A stretch of DNA of 64,000 nt from Natronohydrobacter sp. GTDB taxonomy: Bacteria > Pseudomonadota > Alphaproteobacteria > Rhodobacterales > Rhodobacteraceae. Under the pieces are notes generated by a model. The model was not told the DNA's origin. It did no database searches and worked only from the letters and a program-made list of their open reading frames with translations. Position 1 is the first letter of the stretch; every line of letters starts with the position of its first letter. The DNA is taken from NCBI GenBank assembly GCA_020832555.1, contig JAFIEM010000006.1:1372-65371 (forward strand). The letters run 5' to 3'. Both the position numbers and the translations under genes were made by a program. Below are positions 50,226 through 60,925 of the stretch, in pieces.

Positions 50226-50743
50226 CCGCGCGCCTGATCACGCTTCAGCTTGACCATCTTGCGCGTGATCATCCCGCGCTTGATCGCGCCCAGATGGTCG
50301 ATGAACAGCTTGCCGTTCAGATGGTCCAGCTCATGCTGCGCGCAGGTCGCCCAAAGACCGTCGAATTCCTCTTCCTGCAGTTTCCCGTCCAGCCCGATCC
50401 AGCGCATCGTCACGCGCTTGGGGCGGGTGACTTCAGCGTAGTGCTCGGGTATCGACAGGCAGCCTTCCTCATAGGTGTTCATTTCCTCAGAGGTTGCGAC
50501 AATCTCGGGGTTGATCAGCACCATCGGTCGGGGATCGGCACCCTCTTCCTTGACGCAATCCATCACGAACAGGCGTTTCAGAACGCCCACCTGCGGCGCG
50601 GCCAGCCCTACGCCCGGCGCGTCATACATGGTTTCCAGCATATCCTCGGCCAGCTTGCCGACTTCGGGCGAAACGCCCTCGATCGGCGCGCAAAGCTTCT
50701 TGAGACGCGGGTCAGGATGGATCAGGATCGGTTTGATACTCAT
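50222..50743 (-). CDS. def: Peptide deformylase
   Basis: [24 protein letters not shown] all canonical; start MSIKPILIHP. Confidence 0.96.
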   Translation of the reverse strand: MSIKPILIHPDPRLKKLCAPIEGVSPEVGKLAEDMLETMYDAPGVGLAAPQVGVLKRLFVMDCVKEEGADPRPMVLINPEIVATSEEMNTYEEGCLSIPEHYAEVTRPKRVTMRWIGLDGKLQEEEFDGLWATCAQHELDHLNGKLFIDHLGAIKRGMITRKMVKLKRDQARG

Positions 50744-50842
50744 GGCCAGCGATGTAAGCCAAGCCAATGCGTCGTTCAATGGGCTTTTGGCCTTGCACGC
50801 CCGCGCAGAGCGCGTCAGCTTGGCCCCCAAACGGAGGCTTGC

Positions 50843-52015
50843 ATGAATTTCGATCAGATCATCGACCGGCGTGGCACTGGCTGCATGAAATGGGATGCGA
50901 TGCAGGCCCGCTATGGTGTGTCCTCTGACGACGGCATTGCGATGTGGGTGGCCGATATGGATTTCCGCCCGCCCGCCTGCGTGCATGCGGTGTTGCAAGG
51001 ACTGCTCGATCACGGCATCTATGGCTATGGCGGGCCGGATGACGCCTATCGCGCCGCGATCTCATGGTGGATGGCCAATCGTCACGGCTGGCAGGTCGAT
51101 CCCGGCCATGTCTTCACCACGCATGGGCTGGTGAATGCGGTCGGGCTATGCCTGCAGACATGGACCGCGCCGGGGGATGGGGTGGTCCTCTTCACCCCGG
51201 TTTACCACGCATTCGCGCGCACCATTCTGGCAGCAGGTCGGCGGGTCGTGGAATCCCCGCTGGTGATCCGCGAGGGGCGCTATGAAATGGACCTTGAGGC
51301 CGTCGAGACGCAGATCGACGCGACCACGCGCATGGTCATTCTGTGTTCGCCCCACAACCCCGGCGGACGGGTCTGGAGCGAGGACGAATTGCGCGCTTTG
51401 GCCGAGTTCTGCGCGCACCACGATCTGTTGCTGATCTCGGACGAAATTCACCATGACCTGCTGATGCCGGGACAGCGCCATATCCCGATGCCGGTTGCCG
51501 CACCTGACATTGCAGACCGGCTGGTGATGCTGACTGCGGCCTCCAAGACCTTCAATCTGGCGGGCACGCATTGCGGCAATGTGATCATCGCGGACACGAA
51601 CTTGCGACAGCAATTCGCGGGTACGATGGCGGCTTTCGGGATTTCGCCCAATTCGTTCGGCCCCGCCGCCGTGCAGGCCGCCTATTCCCCCGAGGGGGCC
51701 GCATGGGTCGATGCGCTTTGCGCCTATCTCGATGGCAACCGGCAGGTGTTCGATGCGGGCATCCATGCCATTCCGGGGCTGCGCTCGATGGCATTGGAGT
51801 CCACCTATCTGGCCTGGGTCGATTTCAGCGCCACGGGCATGACGCCTGCAGAGTTCACCCGCCGCGTCGAACAGGGCGCAGGGATTGCCGCCAATCATGG
51901 CCCGACATTCGGCACCGGGGGCGAGAGCTGGCTGCGCTTCAATCTGGGCACACCGCGCTCCGTGATCGAGGACGCCGTGACGCGGTTGCAGCGCGCTTTC
52001 AGCGATCTGCAATAG
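50843..52015 (+). CDS. MalY/PatB family PLP-dependent C-S lyase (cystathionine beta-lyase)
   Basis: MWVADMDF, CSPHNPGG, SDEIHHD, SKTFNLAG, TYLAWVDF; GGAGG RBS. Confidence 0.92.
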   Translation: MNFDQIIDRRGTGCMKWDAMQARYGVSSDDGIAMWVADMDFRPPACVHAVLQGLLDHGIYGYGGPDDAYRAAISWWMANRHGWQVDPGHVFTTHGLVNAVGLCLQTWTAPGDGVVLFTPVYHAFARTILAAGRRVVESPLVIREGRYEMDLEAVETQIDATTRMVILCSPHNPGGRVWSEDELRALAEFCAHHDLLLISDEIHHDLLMPGQRHIPMPVAAPDIADRLVMLTAASKTFNLAGTHCGNVIIADTNLRQQFAGTMAAFGISPNSFGPAAVQAAYSPEGAAWVDALCAYLDGNRQVFDAGIHAIPGLRSMALESTYLAWVDFSATGMTPAEFTRRVEQGAGIAANHGPTFGTGGESWLRFNLGTPRSVIEDAVTRLQRAFSDLQ

Positions 52016-52099
52016 CCCGCACAGTCCCTGCGCATTAGCGCAAGTTGCCGTCACGCTCGTTTCGACCCAAGTGAAGGGGAACAGAAAAGGAGTTTTGTT

Positions 52100-53080
52100 A
52101 TGGGCCAGTTGATCGACGGCGAATGGTCGAAGGAATGGTATGACACGAAAAAGACCGGGGGCGCGTTCAAGCGCGATACCTCGAAATTCCGCAACTGGGT
52201 GACGGCGGATGGCAGTGCCGGGCCTTCGGGCGAGGGGGGCTTCAAGGCCGAAGCCGGGCGCTATCATCTCTATGTCTCGCTGGCCTGCCCCTGGGCGCAT
52301 CGCACGCTGATTTTCCGTGCGCTCAAGGGGCTGGAGGGGCTGATCGATGTCTCAGTCGTGCACCCGGACATGCTGGAGGATGGCTGGACATTTGCCACGG
52401 ATTTCGAAGGTGCCACCGGTGACAAGCTGCATGGCGCAAAGTTCATGCGCGATGTCTATACCCGCGCCGACCCGAAGATTTCCGGTCGCGTGACCGTGCC
52501 GGTCCTGTGGGACAAGCAGCGCGAAACCATCGTCTCGAACGAATCCGCCGAGATTATTCGCATGTTCAATTCGGCCTTCAATGATCTGACCGGGAACAGC
52601 GATGACTACTACCCTGAAGCCCTGCGCAGCGAAATCGACGCGGTGAATGACCGGATCTACAATGAGGTCAATAACGGCGTCTACAAAGCCGGTTTCGCCA
52701 CCGCGCAGGACGCCTATGAGCAAGCCGTCTACCCGCTGTTTGACGCGCTCGACTGGCTGGAGGGACGGTTGACGGGCCAGCGCTACCTGATGGGCGACAC
52801 TCTGACCGAGGCCGATTGGCGGCTATTCACGACGCTGGTGCGTTTCGACAGCGTCTATCACCTGCATTTCAAATGCAACCGCCGCCGGATCACGGATTAC
52901 CCCGCACTCTGGGGCTATACGCGGGACTTATATCAGCATCCGGGTGTCGCTGGGACCGTCAATCTGGACCATATCGTGCGGCATTATCACTACAGCCATG
53001 ACACGATTAACCCCAACCGGATCATCCCGGTCAATCCGGTGCTCGATTTCACAGCACCGCATGGCCGCGCATCACTCTGA
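52100..53080 (+). CDS. yqjG: Glutathionyl-hydroquinone reductase (GST Xi/omega class)
   Basis: ACPWAHR, RVTVPVLWD, SNESAEI, NNGVYK, HYHYSH. Confidence 0.92.
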   Translation: MGQLIDGEWSKEWYDTKKTGGAFKRDTSKFRNWVTADGSAGPSGEGGFKAEAGRYHLYVSLACPWAHRTLIFRALKGLEGLIDVSVVHPDMLEDGWTFATDFEGATGDKLHGAKFMRDVYTRADPKISGRVTVPVLWDKQRETIVSNESAEIIRMFNSAFNDLTGNSDDYYPEALRSEIDAVNDRIYNEVNNGVYKAGFATAQDAYEQAVYPLFDALDWLEGRLTGQRYLMGDTLTEADWRLFTTLVRFDSVYHLHFKCNRRRITDYPALWGYTRDLYQHPGVAGTVNLDHIVRHYHYSHDTINPNRIIPVNPVLDFTAPHGRASL

Positions 53081-53170
53081 CACCTGCGCCCTGCCCTCAT
53101 CACGGAAAAGCGATTCCCCAAGCGCCTTGCTTGCGGTAACGTGCCGGAAAATCACAGTGATGAGGGCAGT

Positions 53171-54349
53171 ATGCGTTTCCTTTCCGTTCTGGCGACAGGT
53201 CTTTTCCTTGGCTTGGGGGGCGCTGCGAGCGCCCAGAATTGCGGTGGCAATTTCGGCAGCTTCGTCGAAGGGCTGAAGGCAGAGGCCGTCCAGCGCGGCT
53301 ATGACCGGGCGCTGGTGGATAATTTCTTTCGCGGCGTGCAGTTCAATCAGGCCGTGATCAATGCCGACCGGCGTCAGGGCATCTTTCAGCGGCCCTTTCT
53401 GGATTTCTCGCGCGCGCTGATCTCGCAAAACCGGATGAATGCCGGGCAGTCGAATTACCAGCGGCATCGGGCGATCTTTGACCGGGCGCAAAGCCAGTTC
53501 GGCGTGCCACCCGGCATCCTGCTGGCCTTCTGGGCGTTCGAGACCGATTTCGGGGCCAATCAGGGCGATTTCAACACCGTGAATGCGCTGGTGACGTTGG
53601 CGCATGATTGCCGCCGCCCGACACTCTTCCGTCCGCAGGTCTTTGCGGCGCTCGAGATGCACCGGCGCGGCGATCTCGACCCGCGCACCATGCAAGGGGC
53701 CTGGGCGGGCGAGATCGGGATGGTGCAGAAACTACCGTCCGATATCATCAACCATGCGGTAGATGGCGACGGTGACGGGCGCATCGATCTGCGCCGCTCC
53801 GTCGCGGATTCGATCATGTCCGGGGCCTCGATGCTGCGCGCGAAGGGCTGGCGCGCGAATGAGCCCTGGATGCATGAAATCGCCCTTCCGCAAGGGTTTG
53901 ACCTGCGCCAGTCGGGCCTGCGCACCGAACGCACGGTCAGCGACTGGGCACAGATGGGCATTCGGCCCACGCATGGCAGCCTGCCCTCGGGCAATCTGCG
54001 CGCCTCGATCATTCTGCCGCAAGGGCATCGCGGCCCGGCCTTCATGGTGTTCCACAATTACCGCGTGCTCTTTGAATGGAACCAGAGTTTCATCTATGTC
54101 ACCACAGCGGCCTATTTCGCGACCCGGCTACAAGGCGCTCCGGTCTATCAGGCCGGCAACCCGGAACAGGGGCTCAATCAGGACCAGATGCGCCAGTTGC
54201 AGCAACGCCTGACCCAGCGCGGGTTCAATGTGGGCGCTGTTGACGGTATCCTCGGGGCCAATACCCGCGCCGCCGTGCAGGACATTCAGGCCCAGCTTGG
54301 CTTGCCCGCCGATGGATGGCCCACCCCACAACTTCTGCGGATGCTCTGA
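53171..54349 (+). CDS. Lytic murein transglycosylase (MltB/SLT_2 family) with C-terminal PG-binding domain
   Basis: Signal peptide, WAFETDFG catalytic Glu, GAWAGE, DGDGDG EF-hand, DGILGANT. Confidence 0.9.
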   Translation: MRFLSVLATGLFLGLGGAASAQNCGGNFGSFVEGLKAEAVQRGYDRALVDNFFRGVQFNQAVINADRRQGIFQRPFLDFSRALISQNRMNAGQSNYQRHRAIFDRAQSQFGVPPGILLAFWAFETDFGANQGDFNTVNALVTLAHDCRRPTLFRPQVFAALEMHRRGDLDPRTMQGAWAGEIGMVQKLPSDIINHAVDGDGDGRIDLRRSVADSIMSGASMLRAKGWRANEPWMHEIALPQGFDLRQSGLRTERTVSDWAQMGIRPTHGSLPSGNLRASIILPQGHRGPAFMVFHNYRVLFEWNQSFIYVTTAAYFATRLQGAPVYQAGNPEQGLNQDQMRQLQQRLTQRGFNVGAVDGILGANTRAAVQDIQAQLGLPADGWPTPQLLRML

Positions 54350-54467
54350 GGAAAAACCACCCGCAGAGGCATTTTTTCCTTGGTTTCATGGGTATTCTCT
54401 TCCACTCTGCCCTCCATGCGCAGGGCGCATCAACAAAGTGTATGTGACAAGGGACCGGGAGACCAGA

Positions 54468-54809
54468 ATGGGACGTCGTGACGAACTGATTGAACGCTAT
54501 GCAAGTGACCTGCGCGAAAAATGCGGGGTCGAACCGGATATGGAACTGCTGAAAAAAGTGACGATCGGGTGCGGGCCATCGATTTATGATGCCGACGCGG
54601 CCACCGTCGCGGCGACCCAACAGCATGAACTGGACACTGTGCGCCGCAGTTTTCTGATGAAGAAACTGGGCCTGCCGGACGGTCAGGAATTGCACGATGC
54701 TATCGACGCGGTGATCGAGCAATATGGCCGCTCCGAGCGCAACAAATACCGCGCCGTGGTCTATTACCTGCTGACAAAGCATTTCGGCAAGGAAAGCGTC
54801 TACGGCTGA
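54468..54809 (+). CDS. DUF2853 family protein
   Basis: VTIGCGPSIY..DA, FLMKKLGL, KYRAVVYYLL. Confidence 0.85.
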   Translation: MGRRDELIERYASDLREKCGVEPDMELLKKVTIGCGPSIYDADAATVAATQQHELDTVRRSFLMKKLGLPDGQELHDAIDAVIEQYGRSERNKYRAVVYYLLTKHFGKESVYG

Positions 54810-54881
54810 GTGCTGCCGGATCGCTAAAATGCAACCTTCATTTGCGTTGCCAGCGCAATGACAGTTTGCGAAGATCAGGCA

Positions 54882-54975
54882 TCTGGTCAGGAAGACCGGC
54901 GCTTTGATTCTTCCCGTGACGTGAAGGGCACGTGGGTGAGTGGGGGTTCCGGTCATGCCGGAACCCCTGTTTTTT
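54882..54975 (+). ncRNA. Candidate small RNA (three hairpins, ending in an intrinsic terminator)
   Basis: Putative promoter TTGCCA-N17-GAAGAT (54847-54875); hairpins CTGGTC/GACCGG and ACGTG/CACGT; terminator at the 3' end. Confidence 0.4.
54942..54975 (+). terminator. Rho-independent terminator
   Basis: GGGGTTCCGG-TCATG-CCGGAACCCC followed by TGTTTTTT. Confidence 0.85.
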
Positions 54976-55082
54976 GGGCACTCCGCCGAACAACACCGTA
55001 TGCAATGTATGGTCCCGCTTGCACTTGAACAGGCTGCCCCTTAGGCAGGATTCAGTCCCGCCCCGACCCTCAGGCCCCTGTC

Positions 55083-55721
55083 ATGTATCTGCCCCAGCAT
55101 TTTGCGGAAACCGACGCGGCACGCATTTCCGAGGTAATCGCCGCTGCGCCACTGGCCTGCATAGTGGCACAGACCGATAGCGGCCTGCTTGCCAACCATA
55201 TTCCGCTCTTGGCAAAGCCCGATGGCAGCCTGATCGGGCATGTCGCCAAGGCCAATGACATGCACCAGATCATGCGCGACGGGCAGGAGGTGCTGGCAGT
55301 CTTCACCAGCCTGGAGGCCTATGTCTCGCCCAATTTCTACCCCAGCAAGCAAGAGCATCACCGCCATGTGCCGACATGGAACTACATCACCGTGCATGTG
55401 CATGGCACGATCCGGTTCCAGCATGACCGGCAGGCGAAACATGCCGCGGTGGGACTTCTGACGCGGGTGCATGAGCGCCGTGTGAATGGCGATGCAGGCT
55501 GGAAGATGGGCGATGCTCCCGCCGATTATATGGCCGAGATGCTGGAAAATATCGTCGCCTTCCGCATCACGCCCACCCGGATCGAAGCCAAGTCGAAACT
55601 CAGCCAGAATCGCGAGGCGCGCGATTATGACGGCACAATCAAGGGTTTGCGCGAATCCGGGCAGGACAGAATGGCGGACGCGATGCAGGACAGGGCCACG
55701 CCGCCGGTCCAGATGGAATAG
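55083..55721 (+). CDS. FMN-binding PaiB-family protein
   Basis: MYLPQHF, GHVAKAN, AYVSPNFY, VPTWNY, KLSQN. Confidence 0.9.
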   Translation: MYLPQHFAETDAARISEVIAAAPLACIVAQTDSGLLANHIPLLAKPDGSLIGHVAKANDMHQIMRDGQEVLAVFTSLEAYVSPNFYPSKQEHHRHVPTWNYITVHVHGTIRFQHDRQAKHAAVGLLTRVHERRVNGDAGWKMGDAPADYMAEMLENIVAFRITPTRIEAKSKLSQNREARDYDGTIKGLRESGQDRMADAMQDRATPPVQME

Positions 55722-55814
55722 GAAGACGCAGACGGGTGCTTGAAACCCTTCCCGCCTGCGCACAAATTGAGGTCAAGGCGTCCGGTTCGGGACGCAGATG
55801 AAAGGATGAAGTGC

Positions 55815-58220
55815 ATGTCGCAGACTCTCTCTTACCCGGTCCTGCCGCTGCGCGATATGGTCGTGTTTCCGCATATGATCGTGCCGCTCTTTGTCGGGCG
55901 CGAAAAATCCGTGCGCGCGCTCGAAGCGGTGATGGCAGAGGATCGCCAGATCCTGCTTGTCTCGCAGAAGGATCACACGCAGGAAAACCCCGACACGGAT
56001 GACATTTTCCGCGTTGGTGTGCTGGCGAATGTCCTGCAGCTTCTGAAACTGCCCGATGGCACGGTAAAGGTTCTCGTCGAAGGGCGCACGCGCGTCCAGC
56101 TCACGGAATTTGTGGTCAATGAGGACTATTTCGAAGCCCAGGCGACCGAATTGCCGGATATCGCGGGGGATCAGGCCGCTGTCGCGGCGCTGATGCGCAC
56201 GGTGCAGGGTGAATTCGAGCGCTACGCCAAGATTCGCAAGAACATTCCGGATGAAGCTGTGGCCGCGATTGCAGAAGCCTCAAACGCATCCGAGCTTGCG
56301 CATCTGGCCGCTGGTCATCTGGGGGCAACGGTTGCCCAGAAACAGAAACTGCTGGAAACCGATGATACGGCGCAGCGTCTGGAAGAAATCTACACGCTGA
56401 TGCAGGGCGAATTGTCGGTGCTGCAGGTCGAGCGCAAGATCAAGACGCGCGTGAAATCCCAGATGGAGCGCACCCAGCGGGAATATTACCTGAATGAGCA
56501 GATGAAGGCCATTCAGAAGGAACTGGGTGACGGCGAAGAGGGTCAGAATGAACTGGCCGAACTTGAGAACCGGATCAAGGAAACCAAGTTCAGCAAGGAA
56601 GCCCGCGACAAGGCCGAAGCCGAGTTGAAGAAGCTGAAATCCATGTCGCCCATGTCGGCGGAAGCGACCGTCGTGCGCAATTATCTGGACTGGATGCTGT
56701 CGATCCCCTGGGGTGTAAAAAGCCGCGTCAAGAAAGACCTCGGGCGCGCGCAGGAAATCCTCGATGCCGACCATTACAGCCTCGACAAGGTGAAGGAACG
56801 CATCGTCGAATATCTGGCCGTGCAGGCCCGCAGCGCGAAGCTGAAAGGCCCGATCATGTGCCTTGTCGGCCCTCCGGGCGTGGGCAAGACCAGTCTGGGG
56901 CGGTCGGTCGCAAAAGCCACGGGGCGCGAATTCATCCGCATCTCGCTTGGCGGGGTACGCGATGAGAGCGAGATCCGGGGCCACCGGCGCACCTATATCG
57001 GCTCGATGCCCGGCAAGATCATTCAGGCGCTGAAAAAGGCCAAGACCACCAACCCGCTGATCCTGCTCGACGAGATCGACAAGATGGGGCAGGATTTCCG
57101 CGGAGATCCGGCGTCGGCCATGCTTGAGGTGCTCGACCCGGAACAGAACTCAACCTTCGTCGATCACTATCTGGAGGTGGAATATGACCTCTCGAATGTG
57201 ATGTTCCTGACCACGGCCAACAGCTACAACATGCCCGGCCCGCTTCTTGACCGGATGGAGATCATCCCGCTTTCGGGCTACACCGAGGACGAAAAGCTGG
57301 AAATCGCGCGGCGTCACCTGCTGCCCAAGTCGATCAAGAATCACGGGCTGCGCAAGGGCGAGTTGAGCATCGCGGATGACGGGATCACCGAAATCCTGCG
57401 CCGCTACACGCGCGAAGCGGGCGTGCGCAACCTTGAACGCGAATTGAACAAGATCGCGCGCAAGGCGGTGACGAAGATCGTCAAGAAGGATGTCGAAACC
57501 GTATCGGTGACGGCAGAGAACCTGCCCGATTTCCTTGGCGTGCCGCGTTTCCGCTTCGGGCTGGCCGAGAAGGAAGATCAGGTCGGCGTGGTCACAGGTC
57601 TCGCCTGGACTCAGGTCGGCGGCGATCTGTTGCAGATCGAGGCGCTGAAACTGGCGGGCAAGGGCCGGATGAAGACCACCGGCAAACTGGGCGATGTGAT
57701 GAAGGAATCCATCGACGCGGCCAGTTCCTTCGTGCGGTCCATCGCGCCGCAGATCGGGGTCACGCCGCTGCAATTCGACGCATGGGATATCCATGTCCAT
57801 GTGCCCGAAGGTGCAACCCCCAAGGACGGGCCGAGTGCCGGCATCGCGATGGTCACGTCAATCGTCTCGGTTCTGACGCAAATCCCGGTGCGCAAGGATA
57901 TTGCGATGACCGGCGAGGTGACGCTGCGCGGCAATGTGCTGGCCATCGGGGGCCTGAAGGAGAAACTGCTCGCCGCTTTGCGCGGCGGGATCACGACGGT
58001 CCTTATCCCTGAAGAAAACGCCAAGGATCTGCCCGAGATCCCGGACAATGTGAAACAGGGTCTGACCATTATCCCGGTCAGCCATGTGCGCGATGTGCTG
58101 AAACATGCACTGGTGCGCGAACCCGAGCCGGTAGAGTGGGATGACGCGGCCGAGGAAGCGGCACGTCTGGCCCGCCTGGCGGGCAAGGCGGCACCCGAAG
58201 TCTCGCGCGCCGCGCATTAA
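55815..58220 (+). CDS. lon: ATP-dependent protease La
   Basis: [37 protein letters not shown] (catalytic Ser), IGGLKEK. Confidence 0.98.
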   Translation: MSQTLSYPVLPLRDMVVFPHMIVPLFVGREKSVRALEAVMAEDRQILLVSQKDHTQENPDTDDIFRVGVLANVLQLLKLPDGTVKVLVEGRTRVQLTEFVVNEDYFEAQATELPDIAGDQAAVAALMRTVQGEFERYAKIRKNIPDEAVAAIAEASNASELAHLAAGHLGATVAQKQKLLETDDTAQRLEEIYTLMQGELSVLQVERKIKTRVKSQMERTQREYYLNEQMKAIQKELGDGEEGQNELAELENRIKETKFSKEARDKAEAELKKLKSMSPMSAEATVVRNYLDWMLSIPWGVKSRVKKDLGRAQEILDADHYSLDKVKERIVEYLAVQARSAKLKGPIMCLVGPPGVGKTSLGRSVAKATGREFIRISLGGVRDESEIRGHRRTYIGSMPGKIIQALKKAKTTNPLILLDEIDKMGQDFRGDPASAMLEVLDPEQNSTFVDHYLEVEYDLSNVMFLTTANSYNMPGPLLDRMEIIPLSGYTEDEKLEIARRHLLPKSIKNHGLRKGELSIADDGITEILRRYTREAGVRNLERELNKIARKAVTKIVKKDVETVSVTAENLPDFLGVPRFRFGLAEKEDQVGVVTGLAWTQVGGDLLQIEALKLAGKGRMKTTGKLGDVMKESIDAASSFVRSIAPQIGVTPLQFDAWDIHVHVPEGATPKDGPSAGIAMVTSIVSVLTQIPVRKDIAMTGEVTLRGNVLAIGGLKEKLLAALRGGITTVLIPEENAKDLPEIPDNVKQGLTIIPVSHVRDVLKHALVREPEPVEWDDAAEEAARLARLAGKAAPEVSRAAH

Positions 58221-58225
58221 CCTTT

Positions 58226-58260
58226 GGCCGCGCTGTAAGCCATCGGCTTTCAGCGCGGCC
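58226..58260 (+). terminator. Long hairpin after lon
   Basis: GGCCGCGCTG-TAAGCC-ATC-GGCTTT-CAGCGCGGCC. Confidence 0.6.
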
Positions 58261-58287
58261 TGCTTCGCGATTTTGCGCAAGAAGGGC

Positions 58288-58316
58288 TTGCGCGGCCCGG
58301 ATGCGCAGAGTAGAGA
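58288..58316 (+). promoter_or_regulatory. Putative sigma70 promoter of tRNA-Val
   Basis: TTGCGC-N17-TAGAGA, 10 nt upstream of the tRNA. Confidence 0.45.
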
Positions 58317-58326
58317 GCAGCGCGTG

Positions 58327-58401
58327 GGGCGATTAGCTCAGCGGTAGAGCGCTTCGTTCACATCGAAGATGTCAGCGGTTCAAATCCGTTATCGCCCACC
58401 A
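58327..58401 (+). tRNA. tRNA-Val (anticodon CAC)
   Basis: Acceptor stem GGGCGAT/ATCGCCC, D arm TAGCTCAGCGGTAGAGC, anticodon arm CTTCG-TTCACAT-CGAAG, GGTTCAAATCC T arm, encoded CCA. Confidence 0.97.
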
Positions 58402-58486
58402 TTCCCTCTTTTCAGACGACGACTCTGGATCAGGCCGGACAGACCGGCTAAGAGCGTGCCCGAGGCAGGTTGCAGAGGGGTTCAGC

Positions 58487-59197
58487 ATGATCCTGGGTCA
58501 TATCGGCGCGCGGGGCGGGTCCAAAGGCGTTCCGGGCAAGAATTTCCGCGACCTCTGCGGCAAGCCCCTGATCGACTGGTCACTTGATCAGTTGCTGGGC
58601 AATCCCAGGGTCGATGCGGTCGTTGTATCGACCGATGATCCACAGATCTACGCCCACGCGGTCGCGCGGGGCGCGCTGGAGATCGGCTTGCGCCCGGCGC
58701 ATCTGGCGACGGATGCCGCGCCGAAATGGGGGGTCTGGCAGCATGCGCTGGAAACCGCAGAGACCGTGGTCGGCAAGACAGCAACGGCGTTTCTGGACCT
58801 CGACTGCACCTCGCCGCTCCGACTGCCGCAGGACATTGATGCGGCGCTTGATCTCTTTGAGGCAGAGATGCCCGATATGGTCATGAGCGTCTGCGAAGCG
58901 CGCAAGAACCCCTATTTCAATCTGGTGGAACTGAACGCGGAAGGCAGCTTGCGGGTGTCAAAAGAACTGCCCGGCGGGGTCTGGTCGCGGCAAGCCGCCC
59001 CCAAGGTCTGGGAACATGCGGCTTCAACCTATGTGGTGGCCCCTGACTACCTGCGCCGCGCCAAAACCATCTATGAAGGGCGCGTCATCCCCTTCGAGAT
59101 GCCACCCGAACGCTGCGCCGATATCGACACGCCCTTTGATTTCCGGCTGGTCGAATGGATGATGCAAGAACGCCTGAAGGGAGCCACCCATGACTGA
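58487..59197 (+). CDS. Acylneuraminate (nonulosonate) cytidylyltransferase, NeuA/PtmB-like
   Basis: ARGGSKGVPGKN, VSTDD, RPAHLATD, TSPLR, DIDT. Confidence 0.9.
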   Translation: MILGHIGARGGSKGVPGKNFRDLCGKPLIDWSLDQLLGNPRVDAVVVSTDDPQIYAHAVARGALEIGLRPAHLATDAAPKWGVWQHALETAETVVGKTATAFLDLDCTSPLRLPQDIDAALDLFEAEMPDMVMSVCEARKNPYFNLVELNAEGSLRVSKELPGGVWSRQAAPKVWEHAASTYVVAPDYLRRAKTIYEGRVIPFEMPPERCADIDTPFDFRLVEWMMQERLKGATHD

Positions 59198-59990
59198 GCC
59201 TGTCACCGACCTAAGCACGCGCACCATTTTCATCACCGGATCGGGCGGGGTGCTGGGCAGCACCTATGTCCGCCGGATGCTGGCCGCTGGCGCACGGGTG
59301 ATCGGCTCGGACCTGCCGGGCGCGCGGGCGGATGCGCTGCAGGCAACGCATGAAGGCAACCCGAATTTCCGCTTCTATGATCTCGATGTGTCGGACGAGG
59401 CGCAGGTCGAGGGCATTTTCACGCGCATCCTTGGCGATGGCTGGCAGCCGAATGTAGTGCTGAACAATGCCGCGATCACGGGCGAATTGCTGATGGGGGC
59501 AGGAAAGCCCTTCCCCGATTTCAAGGATATCTCGGTCAGCGACTGGGAACGCACCATGCGCACCAATCTGACTGCGCCTTTCATGATCGCGCGGCAGATG
59601 GACCGCGATATCGTCGGCAAATACCCCTGCACGCTGGTCAATGTGGCCTCGATGTATGCCCTGAACGGCGCGCATCATGCGATCTATGAGGGGATGCCGT
59701 TCAAGAATTTCGCGGCCTATGGCGTGTCCAAGGCCGGGGTGCATGGGCTGACCGTGTGGCTGGCAGGCTATTGGGCGGAACGTGGCGCCACGGTGAACAC
59801 GATTGCGCCGGGCGCGGTGTTCAACAATCATTCCGAGGAATTTCAGCGCCGGGTCGGGGAACTGATCATGGCAGGACGCATGGCCAAGCCTGACGAGATT
59901 GCGGACGCCATGCTGTTTCTTGCAAGCCCGGCCGCAGGCTATATCACCGGGCAGATGATCAATGTCGATGGCGGGTTTTCCGCGTGGTAG
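59190..59990 (+). CDS. SDR oxidoreductase, PtmA-like
   Basis: TGSGGVLG, NNAA, ASMY, YGVSK, ITGQMINVDGG; nonulosonate cluster context. Confidence 0.8.
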   Translation: MTEPVTDLSTRTIFITGSGGVLGSTYVRRMLAAGARVIGSDLPGARADALQATHEGNPNFRFYDLDVSDEAQVEGIFTRILGDGWQPNVVLNNAAITGELLMGAGKPFPDFKDISVSDWERTMRTNLTAPFMIARQMDRDIVGKYPCTLVNVASMYALNGAHHAIYEGMPFKNFAAYGVSKAGVHGLTVWLAGYWAERGATVNTIAPGAVFNNHSEEFQRRVGELIMAGRMAKPDEIADAMLFLASPAAGYITGQMINVDGGFSAW

Positions 59991-60925
59991 GTGGCGCGGT
60001 CGTGGTCATTGGCGCTGGCTCGATCGGGCGGCGGCATTTCGACAATCTGACGGCTTTGGGTGTGCAGGCGGAACTGCACCCCTGGCGCAGCTTTGACCGC
60101 GCAGCGGTCGCGGCGCGGGGCGATGTGGCAGGCGTCGTGATCGCAACGGAAACGCCCATCCGGCTGGAGTTGATCGAACTCTGTGCAGAAAAAGGCTGGC
60201 CGTTCTATGCCGAAAAACCCCTCGCCTGGCGCGTGGATCAGGCACGCGCCATTCATGATGCAGCGGCCCCTGTCGCCGCGCGTTCACTGGTGGGCTTCAT
60301 GATGCGCTGGCATCCGGTCGTGCAGGCACTGGCTGCGATGGACCTGTCTGACACTTTCCGCCTCCATGCCGAGATCGGCCATGATGTGCGCCAATGGCGC
60401 GCGAACTGGCGCTTTAGCGACAGCTATGCCGCAAAGGCCGAAGGCGGCGGTGTCCTGCTCGATCTGTGCCATGAGATTGATCTGGTCGCAGCGCTGTTTC
60501 CCTGCCTGACAGTGCAGGATGCGCGCAGCATGGGCCATCCCGGTTTTCCTGGCGTGGATTTCGCCACCAGCCTGCATGTCAGCACGCCATCGGGCGCGGT
60601 GGGTCGGATCGCGATGGATTACCTCGCGCCCGTCTTCACACGCAAGCTGACGCTTGTCGGCCTGTCGCGGCGGATCGAGGCAGATCTGCTGGCCTCGCGC
60701 CTCACCATCCACAGGGCAGAGGGTGTCGAGACACAAGATTTCCCGTTTGAACGCAACGAGATGTTCCTCTCGGCAATGCGCAGCTTTCTGGCGCTGGCCT
60801 CCGGGCAGTCCATCGACGACCCGCTTTTGCCGCGCTTCGACCGGATGGAGGCGTCCAGCCTGCTCATCGCGCAGGCCTGGGAAGCGCGGCAGTTTCAGGG
60901 CGCAGTCTCGCTCGATATGTCGTGA
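59984..60925 (+). CDS. Gfo/Idh/MocA family oxidoreductase, PtmF-like
   Basis: IGAGSIGRRH, EKPL, GGGVLLDLCHEID. Confidence 0.82.
   Translation: MVGGAVVVIGAGSIGRRHFDNLTALGVQAELHPWRSFDRAAVAARGDVAGVVIATETPIRLELIELCAEKGWPFYAEKPLAWRVDQARAIHDAAAPVAARSLVGFMMRWHPVVQALAAMDLSDTFRLHAEIGHDVRQWRANWRFSDSYAAKAEGGGVLLDLCHEIDLVAALFPCLTVQDARSMGHPGFPGVDFATSLHVSTPSGAVGRIAMDYLAPVFTRKLTLVGLSRRIEADLLASRLTIHRAEGVETQDFPFERNEMFLSAMRSFLALASGQSIDDPLLPRFDRMEASSLLIAQAWEARQFQGAVSLDMS

Noticed and set aside
58221-58326. No hupB between lon and tRNA-Val; carA is likewise absent beside carB
   Set aside because: Ordinary gene-order variation in this group with no sign of gene remnants.
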